Assembly: GCF_003966335.1 (NCBI RefSeq)
Contig: NZ_CP034549.1
Span: forward strand, 1,290,001-1,322,000
From: Nonlabens ponticola
GTDB lineage: Bacteria; Bacteroidota; Bacteroidia; Flavobacteriales; Flavobacteriaceae
Direction: 5' to 3'
DNA length: 32,000 nt
Shown here: positions 17,693 to 25,892 of the stretch, in pieces
Numbering within the stretch: the stretch's first letter is position 1
Layout of the letters: every line of letters starts with the position of its first letter
Translations under genes and position numbers: made by a program
Notes under the pieces: model-generated
Databases searched by the model: none
What the model was told of the DNA's origin: nothing
What the model saw: only the letters and a program-made list of their open reading frames with translations

Positions 17693-18847
17693 ATGAAGCA
17701 AGTTTATCTAGACAATGCTGCCACCACACAAATGCGTCCTGAAGTTGTGGAGCGCATGGTGCAAGTCATGAGTGAGGTGCATGGTAACCCTAGTTCAACA
17801 CACAGCTACGGTCGTAGTGCAAAATCGTTGATTGAAACAGCTCGTAAAAATATTGCAAAGCAACTTAACGTCACCGCAGCAGAAATCATTTTTACCTCTG
17901 GCGGCACTGAGGCTGATAATCTAGCTATCCATAGTTGCGTGCGTGATCTAGATGTAAAACGCATCATCACCACTGGTATTGAGCATCATGCAGTGGTTTA
18001 TATTGTGGATTATTGTGCAGCAAAATATGGTACAACTGTACAGCATGTCAATCTGCAAGAATGCGGTACGCCAGATTATGAGCATCTAGAAAAACTACTT
18101 AACGCTAGTGATGAAAAAACGCTGGTTTCTCTCATGCATATCAATAATGAGATAGGTAATCAACTAGACCTAGATCGAGTAGGTAAGCTGTGTCGAGAAC
18201 ATGGTGCATTATTTCATAGTGATTGCGTACAATCTATAGGACACTATGAAGTAGATCTTAAAAATACACCTGTAGATTTTACGGCGGTGAGCGCGCACAA
18301 GTTTCATGGACCCAAAGGTGTTGGTTTTGCTTTTATACGTAAAGGTACTGGACTCAAACCATTGATTTTGGGTGGTTCCCAAGAGCGCGGCATACGTGCT
18401 GGTACAGAGAGCGTCCATAATATAGTGGGCATGGATATCGCGCTACAAATAGCGTACGATAATCTTGAAAAAGAGCGTGCTTATGTACGAGGTCTCAAAG
18501 AGTATTTTAAGCAAGAGCTAGAGAAGCAAATACCAGCGGTAAAATTCAATGGAAAATGTGGCGATCATGAAAACAGTACGTACACCTTGCTCAATGTTTG
18601 CTTGCCATGCGATGCAGACAAAGCTGCCATGCTATTATTTACCATGGACTTGAAAGGAATTGCCTGTTCAAAAGGTAGTGCCTGTCAAAGCGGTAGCCAG
18701 AAAGGATCTCACGTTTTATCGCAAGTCCTGAATGATGAGGATCTCAACAAACCAAGTTTAAGATTTAGCTTCTCGATCTATAATACTAGAGAAGAGCTGG
18801 ATTATGTTGTTGGTGTTTTGAAGGAGTATTTGGACAGCCTAAAGTAA
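17693..18847 (+). CDS. Cysteine desulfurase (class V aminotransferase, NifS/IscS-like)
   Basis: VYLDNAATT, FTSGGTEADN, PLP-lysine motif SAHKFHGPKG, and a catalytic Cys region (SKGSACQSG). Confidence 0.9.
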   Translation: MKQVYLDNAATTQMRPEVVERMVQVMSEVHGNPSSTHSYGRSAKSLIETARKNIAKQLNVTAAEIIFTSGGTEADNLAIHSCVRDLDVKRIITTGIEHHAVVYIVDYCAAKYGTTVQHVNLQECGTPDYEHLEKLLNASDEKTLVSLMHINNEIGNQLDLDRVGKLCREHGALFHSDCVQSIGHYEVDLKNTPVDFTAVSAHKFHGPKGVGFAFIRKGTGLKPLILGGSQERGIRAGTESVHNIVGMDIALQIAYDNLEKERAYVRGLKEYFKQELEKQIPAVKFNGKCGDHENSTYTLLNVCLPCDADKAAMLLFTMDLKGIACSKGSACQSGSQKGSHVLSQVLNDEDLNKPSLRFSFSIYNTREELDYVVGVLKEYLDSLK

Positions 18848-18898
18848 TTTTCAAGCATTCTAGTCGTCTTGTTGTAATAAAGTCATTTGATAATTTAA

Positions 18899-18928
18899 CT
18901 GACGACTGACAACTGACAACTGACGACT
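18899..18928. repeat. Heptanucleotide tandem repeat (CTGACRA)x4
   Basis: CTGACGA CTGACAA CTGACAA CTGACGA CT, between the convergent stops at 18847 and 18934. TAGTCGTC at 18861-18868 is complementary to GACGACTA at 18922-18929. Confidence 0.8.
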
Positions 18929-18933
18929 ATTAA

Positions 18934-21414
18934 TCAGAACCTCATCGCCAGCCTGAAATTAAGAACTCGTGGCGTCAAAAAATTAGGTATAGCTATCTGG
19001 CGTGAATTGGCGATGTCGCGTACCCATATATTAGTAATGCTATTTTGGTTGTCGAACATGTTGTACAGCTCAACGCCTATAAATACTTCATCAAATTTTG
19101 AGAAGGTACGGCTGTCATTCTGCGCATCCTTGAATACATAATTGATACCCACATCCGCACGACGATAATCTCGCAGTCGGAATTGGAAGTCATAAGGATC
19201 TGCATAATTGGGTGAGCCACCAGGTAATCCAGTATTATAAACAAGGTTCAAGTACATGCGCACTTGAGGTATGTTGGGCACATAATCCTGAAAAAGCATT
19301 GCAAATTTTAATCGCTGGTCTGTAGGTCTAGAGATAAAGCCGCGATCGTTTAGGTTTTCCTCAGTTTTAAGATAACCAGCAGATATCCAACTTTCCGTGC
19401 CTTTGATGAATTCACCATTTAAGCGTAGATCGGCTCCATAAGCGTAGGCAGTCGCCTCATTGTTTGCACGATAGCGTATGCGTACATTTTCTAATGTGTA
19501 TGTGTTGACGTCGCTTAAATTTTTATAATAAGCCTCGCTCGTCAACTTAAAAGGTCTATCATTCCAGCTAAAACTCCAGTCATTACCCAGTACAAGGTGA
19601 AAGGATTGCTGTGCCTTAACATCTGGCACAACGGCTCCATTTTCATCGCGCAATTCTCTATAAAAAGGTGGTTGGTGATAAATACCTGTCGATAGCCTAA
19701 AGAGCATGTCCGTATTTGCCCAATCCGGTTTGATAGCAAACTGACCACGCGGCGAGAATACCGTTTGGGTAACACTCTCGATGCCATCACCACTTACATT
19801 CCAGGTATGTGTACGAGCTCCTAGATTCCAGAATATCTCATGATCACCTAGATAACCGCGACTGCTGTATTGCGCAAAGGCTTGTAATCGTTGTATGTCC
19901 ACATCATTATCGGCTCTAATACTAGTAAAAGGCACCAGCGGCGCGCTAAATGGTGTGTAGGGTTCATCATTGCGCAAGTCTGCAAATGGTGGTCGCACGC
20001 TAAAACCAGCACTGTCAATCACCGTGTATTCTCTCACACGATCGCGTATATTCTCCACATTGACTTTAACGCCCCATTCCAGCAGATCGCTCTCCTTTTT
20101 GCCATCGTCAAATACATAAGTACCTCGATGCTCAACAGTCCCTATAAGTGCATCAAGATCATTGCGACCATGCTCTAATTCTGATCCTATTCCTGTGACA
20201 AAATCTACCTCACCTAGATCGTCGCTACCTATATCGGTATTAGGCCTGCCCAATCCATATCTGGCTAGAATGTCATAATGCTCTTGCTCTTGAGTCAAAT
20301 AAACGCTACTGATAAACCTCAAATTAAGCTGTTCACTTACATCATAACTAGCCTTGAGCGCTCCAAAATAAGTTTCATACTGGTCTTCTTCCTGTCCATC
20401 ATAATTAATGACCACTGCCTGTGGTTCTTGTACGGTACCAAAGTTTGTCTGTCGATCTTCTGGTTCAAAATCATAACTGTTGACAGCAATGTTTCCCAAA
20501 AAATCCAGCTGAAACTTTGGTGTGATCTGGTAGGTCAAATAGGCTTGCGCATCAAAGAATCGCGGCACGGCGTTGGCCTGTGTTTCTCTTGAGTTGATAA
20601 ATAGACTGTTGTCCCTATAGCGCAGTCCGACAATGGCTGTTAACGCTTTCGCGAAAGCGGTACCCTCTACAAACGCACTTGCACCCAATAAGCTGGCGTC
20701 TATACCAGCGCCAAAATCTGTAGGGCGTCTATAATCAATATTCAAGACGCTACTCAATTTATCGCCATATTTTGCCTGGAAACCACCTGCTGAAAAATCT
20801 ACCGAACGCACCAAATCAGAATTTACCACACTCAAACCTTCCTGTTGACCGCTGCGTATCAAGAATGGACGATATACCTCGATCTCATTAATATAAATCA
20901 AGTTCTCGTCATAATTACCGCCACGCACTGCATACTGCGTGCTTAATTCATTATTGTTATTCACGCCAGGTAAGGAAAGAAGGATGTTCTCAATACCTGG
21001 CTGCGCGCCTGGAATACGTCTTAAAAGTTCTGGTTCAATAGTGGTAATACCTCTAAATTCTCTAGTATTTCTATTAGTAATGACAACCTCTGCAAATTGC
21101 TCAACATTCACATCAAGCACTGGGTTGAATTCAAAAATCTCACCTGGCTTCAAACGCAAGTCTTTAATGACAACAGGTTTAAAATTGATGCTGGTAAACC
21201 TTATTTCTAGTGATTGATTTGATGGCACTTGTAATTGATAGAAACCAGTGGCATTACTTGCAGTTCCCGTGCTTGAATCGTTGGCTAGTGAGATATTTAC
21301 ATTAGCAATAGGTTGCTGATCCTTATTGAGTACAACACCTTGAAACGTAGCAGTTTGCGCCAGACTTGCTTGAATTAAAAATAAAGGTAATAGGAGTAAA
21401 AGTAAATTTCTCAA
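18934..21414 (-). CDS. TonB-dependent receptor with N-terminal carboxypeptidase-regulatory-like domain
   Basis: Signal peptide, a CarboxypepD_reg-like beta-sandwich (FQGVVLNKDQQPIANVNISL...TGFYQLQV), a plug domain (VRGGNYDENLIYINEIEVY) and a terminal aromatic residue (...LAMRF). Confidence 0.88.
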   Translation of the reverse strand: MRNLLLLLLPLFLIQASLAQTATFQGVVLNKDQQPIANVNISLANDSSTGTASNATGFYQLQVPSNQSLEIRFTSINFKPVVIKDLRLKPGEIFEFNPVLDVNVEQFAEVVITNRNTREFRGITTIEPELLRRIPGAQPGIENILLSLPGVNNNNELSTQYAVRGGNYDENLIYINEIEVYRPFLIRSGQQEGLSVVNSDLVRSVDFSAGGFQAKYGDKLSSVLNIDYRRPTDFGAGIDASLLGASAFVEGTAFAKALTAIVGLRYRDNSLFINSRETQANAVPRFFDAQAYLTYQITPKFQLDFLGNIAVNSYDFEPEDRQTNFGTVQEPQAVVINYDGQEEDQYETYFGALKASYDVSEQLNLRFISSVYLTQEQEHYDILARYGLGRPNTDIGSDDLGEVDFVTGIGSELEHGRNDLDALIGTVEHRGTYVFDDGKKESDLLEWGVKVNVENIRDRVREYTVIDSAGFSVRPPFADLRNDEPYTPFSAPLVPFTSIRADNDVDIQRLQAFAQYSSRGYLGDHEIFWNLGARTHTWNVSGDGIESVTQTVFSPRGQFAIKPDWANTDMLFRLSTGIYHQPPFYRELRDENGAVVPDVKAQQSFHLVLGNDWSFSWNDRPFKLTSEAYYKNLSDVNTYTLENVRIRYRANNEATAYAYGADLRLNGEFIKGTESWISAGYLKTEENLNDRGFISRPTDQRLKFAMLFQDYVPNIPQVRMYLNLVYNTGLPGGSPNYADPYDFQFRLRDYRRADVGINYVFKDAQNDSRTFSKFDEVFIGVELYNMFDNQNSITNIWVRDIANSRQIAIPNFLTPRVLNFRLAMRF
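20644..20659. repeat. Iterated palindrome copy 6 (CGCTTTCGCGAAAGCG), inside the TonB-dependent receptor gene
   Basis: Exact 16-nt palindrome. The coding strand reads T-A-F-A-K-A-L. Confidence 0.95.
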
Positions 21415-21423
21415 TACTGCGAT

Positions 21424-23163
21424 TTAACTCTTTCGGTTGAATGTGGCCTCAAATTTAGTGCTATTTCCCACATTATCTGTAACGATGACCTTGAGTTCAT
21501 TATTGCTGTCGGTCACTACGCCATCGGCAAAATCGTGTGTCAAACTATTAGTCTTATAGTCATATTCCATCAAGATGAATTTGCCATTTACCGTAGCTCG
21601 GTAGCCGTCAATACCAGAGTCTTTATCGTCAATAGATAATTTAAGCGTTTTATTCTTGCTTATCCATTGACCATCTTTAAAATTGATTGTTTTAATGGTG
21701 GGCGCCTCGGTATCTTTTCTCACGCTATAAGTTCCCAAAGTTCTGGTGTAAGCGGTCAAGGTATTTCCCTTGAGTTTTGACCGCACGTGATACGCAGCGC
21801 CCCATGATGTGATTCTTGCGAGGTAGTATTTGCTCATGTCATCACCTTTCTTGCTATTCATATCATACGATATGATCATGTTTTTATGCAACGGTATCAC
21901 ATCGTGATGAATCTTGAGCGTGTCGGTATGTTGTTTGATGTTAAGCAAGGCGTCTTCATATAAACTACCTGTTGGTATGGTAAGGTCAAATGCTCCTAGG
22001 GTCTTAGTGAAGGTTTGTTGTGCAGGCACATAAGTAGCGTCACCGGCGTCTACCATTTCAATTTCTGTAGCTTCTTCATTGTAAATGTCCAGCAGCAGGA
22101 CGCTTTCATTACCCTTGAAATCTTGGATTTCTGCCTTGAATTGATGCGTTGTCCCAGGATCAACTAGCGTTAGTTTACCATTGTCGATAGTCTTGCCATA
22201 CAAACTTAAGGGACTGCCGTCAGGAACGTAGAATTTGGAAATTCTGCTCTTGGAATTTTTGAAATGTTCATAATCAATCATTTGATTGATGTATCGTGTC
22301 TCGGCAAATGTGTATTTGTCAAACGTCATTTCAAAATTCTTCTTACCGTTGAAATACGTATTGACATGATAGATCCCATTCTGGTTATTAGCCGCATCTA
22401 GTCGATCGTTGGTATTGACACCTATACCTATTTTTCCATATGCGCTAAATTTCTCAGTCTTGAACTTGCCATCTTTTAGAGGAATCACGCGCAATAATTT
22501 ACTCTCATGTTTGCCATTTATAGTCGCATCATCACTCAATGGATATGCTTTGACTTGCTTAACAAGAGGTCTTCTAGAATCTGCCACATCAATCCCAAAC
22601 ATAAATGGATTCATGGGTCTGGCGCTGCTGTCGCGTATTTCAAAATGTAAATGCGGGCCACCACTGCCACCAGTATTACCGCTATAGGCAACTACTTCAC
22701 CTTTATCCACGCGCAAGTCCAGATCATCAGGATATAATTGGATGGTATAACTCTCCGCAGCATATTGTTTTTTCTTGAGGTATTCTTCAATGCGTGGTGA
22801 GAAGTTCTTTAAATGCGCATAAACTGTTGTGTAGCCGTTAGGATGCGTTATATAAAGTGCCTTACCATAGCCGTAGTGTTCAATCTTGATACGACTCACA
22901 TATCCAGAAGCTGCTGCGTACACTTTGGCACCAGTGCGTTGGTTTGTTTTAATGTCTAGACCGCTATGAAAGTGATTGGAACGCAACTCACCAAAGGTTC
23001 CGCTTAATTTGAGCTCTATATCAAGAGGATGCTGGAAATAATCCTGTGGTAGATTTTGTATAGTTTGGCTTTCGCCGAAGCGTAACATAAAAAAAGCAAG
23101 GAAAACAAATAGGAAGTATCGTGACTGCATGACTAAATATAGAGCGTGAATAATGGATGACAA
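21424..23163 (-). CDS. M23 family metallopeptidase
   Basis: HFHSGLDIKT and GGPHLHFEIRD zinc-ligand motifs. The alternative start at 23130 (MQSRYFLFVFLAFFML...) gives a cleaner signal peptide. Confidence 0.88.
   Translation of the reverse strand: MSSIIHALYLVMQSRYFLFVFLAFFMLRFGESQTIQNLPQDYFQHPLDIELKLSGTFGELRSNHFHSGLDIKTNQRTGAKVYAAASGYVSRIKIEHYGYGKALYITHPNGYTTVYAHLKNFSPRIEEYLKKKQYAAESYTIQLYPDDLDLRVDKGEVVAYSGNTGGSGGPHLHFEIRDSSARPMNPFMFGIDVADSRRPLVKQVKAYPLSDDATINGKHESKLLRVIPLKDGKFKTEKFSAYGKIGIGVNTNDRLDAANNQNGIYHVNTYFNGKKNFEMTFDKYTFAETRYINQMIDYEHFKNSKSRISKFYVPDGSPLSLYGKTIDNGKLTLVDPGTTHQFKAEIQDFKGNESVLLLDIYNEEATEIEMVDAGDATYVPAQQTFTKTLGAFDLTIPTGSLYEDALLNIKQHTDTLKIHHDVIPLHKNMIISYDMNSKKGDDMSKYYLARITSWGAAYHVRSKLKGNTLTAYTRTLGTYSVRKDTEAPTIKTINFKDGQWISKNKTLKLSIDDKDSGIDGYRATVNGKFILMEYDYKTNSLTHDFADGVVTDSNNELKVIVTDNVGNSTKFEATFNRKS
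23068..23085. repeat. Degenerate palindrome copy (GCTTTCGCCGAAGCGTAA), in the signal-peptide codons of the M23 peptidase
   Basis: Two mismatches to the core. On the coding strand TTACGCTTCGGCGAAAGC reads L-R-F-G-E-S, the third reading frame of the motif. Confidence 0.6.
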
Positions 23164-23246
23164 AAGCTTTTCAAAGTTTGTTCCATAAATATTTGAATTG
23201 TCTATTGGGAAAGGTATTTTTGATATAACCGCATTATTTTGTCGTT

Positions 23247-23534
23247 ATGTCCCAGTTTTTGAACCAGATTAACCAGATTGAACTCAAGATCAGGACATTG
23301 ATTGAAGAGAATAATAGACTTGCGCAGGAACATGCTGCTAGTCAAGAACGTATCGCAAGTCTTGAAAAGGATTTGAATGATGCTCAAGAAACTCTTAAAA
23401 CAAGCAACGAGCACATCGTTGCACTCAAGACGGCAAATGCGATGCTAGGTAGTGATGATTATAAAGCAAAAACAAAGCTCAAGATAAATGCGCTGGTGAG
23501 AGAAATTGACCAATGCATTGCACAACTGGCTTAA
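23247..23534 (+). CDS. Coiled-coil protein (ZapB-like, putative cell-division associated)
   Basis: 95 aa with heptad-rich sequence (IELKIRTLIEENNRLAQEHAASQERIASLEKDLNDAQETLK), directly upstream of zapA. Confidence 0.5.
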   Translation: MSQFLNQINQIELKIRTLIEENNRLAQEHAASQERIASLEKDLNDAQETLKTSNEHIVALKTANAMLGSDDYKAKTKLKINALVREIDQCIAQLA

Positions 23535-23538
23535 TATC

Positions 23539-23826
23539 ATGGATAAACTCAAGATCAACATATCGATTGCAGATAGAGTCTATCCTTTGAATATAGATCC
23601 TTCTAAAGAAGAAGGATTGCGCAAGGCGGCAAAAAGTATCCAGGAAATGATTACCCAACTGGAGAAAAGCTATGCCGTGCGCGATAAGCAAGATGTTCTT
23701 GCCATGTGTGCGCTGCAATTTGCAGCAAGATCAGAGCAAAAAAATATTGATAGTGATGCCCATGGTAGCGAGGCACTAGAACGATTACAGGTTCTGGACC
23801 AGCTACTACAGCAGCATATATCATAG
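23539..23826 (+). CDS. zapA: Cell division protein ZapA
   Basis: MDKLKINISIADRVYPLNIDPSKEEGLRKAAKSIQEMI... has ZapA-type N-terminal strands followed by a coiled coil. ATG 23539 is preferred over the track start 23506, which overlaps the upstream gene. Confidence 0.75.
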   Translation: MDKLKINISIADRVYPLNIDPSKEEGLRKAAKSIQEMITQLEKSYAVRDKQDVLAMCALQFAARSEQKNIDSDAHGSEALERLQVLDQLLQQHIS

Positions 23827-23849
23827 ACGTTCTTTAAATACAACAGTTA

Positions 23850-24018
23850 CTACCTGCACTTGTTTCATTTTTTGGTGAACTCAACACATAATTCTTTAAA
23901 AAAGGTGAGTCGTGGTTGTAAAAGCAAGCCGGCCTAGAGCCGGATCCTTGATCAGCCAGTTAGCCTTAAACTTTATTTAAGGAGTTCATACAAAACCCTA
24001 ACTCGTGCAGGTTTTTTT
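23850..24018 (+). ncRNA. Candidate structured small RNA, 6S-like (6S-Flavo-type) between zapA and rny
   Basis: ORF-free segment. Long-range closing helix ACCTGCAC (23852-23859) / GTGCAGGT (24005-24012) followed by T7. Nested helices are TGAACTC (23876-82)/GAGTTCA (23982-88), TGGTTG (23913-18)/CAGCCA (23953-58), CAAG/CTTG, and apical CCGGC-CTAGA-GCCGG (23929-43). The overall shape is a rod with internal loops. Confidence 0.45.
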
Positions 24019-24031
24019 ATATATTAATTCC

Positions 24032-25606
24032 ATGGATACAACAACTATCATAGCGGCCGTAGTCGCTCTTATTATAGGTCTAGCAGTAGGCTTTTTTATT
24101 GCAAAGTCAATCGTCGAGAAAGGCAAGGCCTCACAACTCATCGCAGATGCTAAAAAAGAGGCAGCATCAATAGTCAAAGATGCCGAGGTGGAAGGCGAGA
24201 AAATCAAATCTGAAAAAACATATCGAGCCAAAGAAAAATTTATTGAGCTCAAGGCAAAGCATGAGAAAGAAATCATGCAGCGCGAGAAGAAAATAGGCGA
24301 CAGCGAGAAACGCACCAGAGATAAGGAGTCTAAGGTTTCTAGCGAACTAGCCAACAGCAAGAAACTCAACCAGTCGCTAGAGAGCAAGCAAAAAGATCTT
24401 GATGAGAAGCGTAGCGCTATTCTCAAGAAACAAGAAGAGACTGAAAAGATGCACCAGCAGCAAATCAAGCAGCTTGAGGTAATCAGTGGTATGTCTGGAG
24501 AAGATGCTAAAAAACAGCTAGTAGAATCGCTTAAAGACACTGCGCGTACCGAGGCTATGTCTATTGTTCAAAGCACTATTGAAGAGGCAAAGCTTACCGC
24601 ACAACAAGAAGCTCGCAAGGTGATCATCAATACCATACAACGCATAGGAACTGAAGAAGCAGTTGAAAACTGCGTATCAGTATTCAATCTAGAAAGTGAC
24701 GATGTCAAGGGACGTATCATTGGTAGAGAAGGACGTAACATTAGAGCTATTGAAGCCGCTACTGGTGTAGAAATTATTGTGGATGATACTCCAGATGCTA
24801 TCATACTTTCTTGTTTTGATGCAGTGCGTCGCGAGGTAGCTAGACTATCACTACACAAGTTGGTGACTGATGGTCGTATTCACCCAGCACGTATTGAAGA
24901 AGTAGTGCGCAAGACCAGAAAGCAGATTGATCAAGAAATTGCTGAGGTAGGAAAACGTACGGTAATCGATTTAGGAATTCATGGTTTACATCCAGAATTG
25001 ATCAAAATGGTAGGACGTATGAAGTACCGTTCATCTTATGGTCAAAACCTATTACAACACAGCCGCGAGGTGGCAAAGTTATGTGGTACCATGGCATCAG
25101 AATTAGGGTTGAACCCCAAACTTGCCAAGCGCGCTGGACTGTTACATGATATAGGTAAAGTACCTGAAACTGAGGATGAGACTCCACACGCAATCCTAGG
25201 AATGAAACTAGCTGAAAAACATGGTGAAAAAGGAGAAGTGTGCAACGCTATTGGTGCTCACCACGATGAGATAGAGATGACATCCTTATTGTCACCTATT
25301 GTGCAGGTATGTGACGCGATAAGCGGCGCGAGACCAGGCGCGAGACGTCAGGTGTTAGATTCTTACATCCAGCGATTGAAAGATCTTGAGGATATAGCTT
25401 TTGGGTTTAATGGTGTTGAGAAAGCTTATGCTATCCAAGCAGGTAGAGAATTGCGAGTAATGGTAGAAAGTGAAAAAATAAGTGATGAGAAAGCTGGACA
25501 ACTATCTTTTGAGATTTCACAAAAAATCCAGACCGATATGACTTATCCAGGTCAGGTAAAGGTCACCGTTATACGAGAAACCAGAGCGGTAAACATTGCT
25601 AAGTAA
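24032..25606 (+). CDS. rny: Ribonuclease Y
   Basis: N-terminal TM anchor ([22 protein letters not shown]), a Lys/Glu coiled coil, a KH domain ([15 protein letters not shown]) and an HD domain (LLHDIGK ... GAHHDE). The GTG 24005 start in the track would run through the RNA helix and T-run, so ATG 24032 is preferred. Confidence 0.93.
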   Translation: MDTTTIIAAVVALIIGLAVGFFIAKSIVEKGKASQLIADAKKEAASIVKDAEVEGEKIKSEKTYRAKEKFIELKAKHEKEIMQREKKIGDSEKRTRDKESKVSSELANSKKLNQSLESKQKDLDEKRSAILKKQEETEKMHQQQIKQLEVISGMSGEDAKKQLVESLKDTARTEAMSIVQSTIEEAKLTAQQEARKVIINTIQRIGTEEAVENCVSVFNLESDDVKGRIIGREGRNIRAIEAATGVEIIVDDTPDAIILSCFDAVRREVARLSLHKLVTDGRIHPARIEEVVRKTRKQIDQEIAEVGKRTVIDLGIHGLHPELIKMVGRMKYRSSYGQNLLQHSREVAKLCGTMASELGLNPKLAKRAGLLHDIGKVPETEDETPHAILGMKLAEKHGEKGEVCNAIGAHHDEIEMTSLLSPIVQVCDAISGARPGARRQVLDSYIQRLKDLEDIAFGFNGVEKAYAIQAGRELRVMVESEKISDEKAGQLSFEISQKIQTDMTYPGQVKVTVIRETRAVNIAK

Positions 25607-25631
25607 TCACAGGACTTAAAATTATAGAACT

Positions 25632-25659
25632 AAAAAACCGCTCAACTGAGCGGTTTTTT
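25632..25659 (+). terminator. Rho-independent terminator of rny
   Basis: A6-CCGCTC-AACT-GAGCGG-T6. Confidence 0.8.
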
Positions 25660-25842
25660 GCTTTCAGGCCCCTAATCCTGAAAACTTAGATCAATTTACT
25701 TTTTGTAGCCCCTTAGGAGAAACAAGTTTCTCACTACTTTCCATAAATTGATATAACAAATACTGCCTTTAATTGAGATCAATGCGTTGAACGTGTGCAT
25801 TGCTATTTTAAAGACATGGTAAATATCACTAGAACTTTAGGT

Positions 25843-25871
25843 AAAAAAAATACCCTTTAAAGGGTATTTTT
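25843..25871. terminator. Rho-independent terminator (serves the minus-strand reductase gene; symmetric)
   Basis: A8-TACCCTTTAAAGGGTA-T5 palindrome, 22 nt beyond the stop at 25893. Confidence 0.75.
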
Positions 25872-25892
25872 ATACTCAGTATTGTACGAATT

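Noticed and set aside
24005-24031. GTG-initiated N-terminal extension of rny (MQVFLYINS...) given in the ORF track.
   Set aside because: The extension would be translated from the 3' arm of the long-range helix and its T7 run. ATG 24032 yields the canonical RNase Y start directly at the TM anchor.
23998-24540. 180-aa minus-strand ORF rich in Ser, Leu and Cys, antisense to the 5' part of rny.
   Set aside because: Its low-complexity composition is the mirror image of the Lys/Glu-rich coiled coil of RNase Y. It has no start context or plausible domain, and rny on the plus strand is unambiguous. The same reasoning removes the other nested antisense track ORFs (for example 5761-6063, 9420-9806, 11020-11319, 11978-12337, 14734-15069, 20278-20592, 22409-22687 and 24568-24858).
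25662-25683. GCTTTCAGG...CCTGAAAA hairpin right after the rny terminator, as a possible further split copy of the iterated palindrome.
   Set aside because: Only the GCTTTC half-site matches, and the 3' arm is CCTGAAAAC rather than GCGAAAGC. This looks like an unrelated small hairpin.
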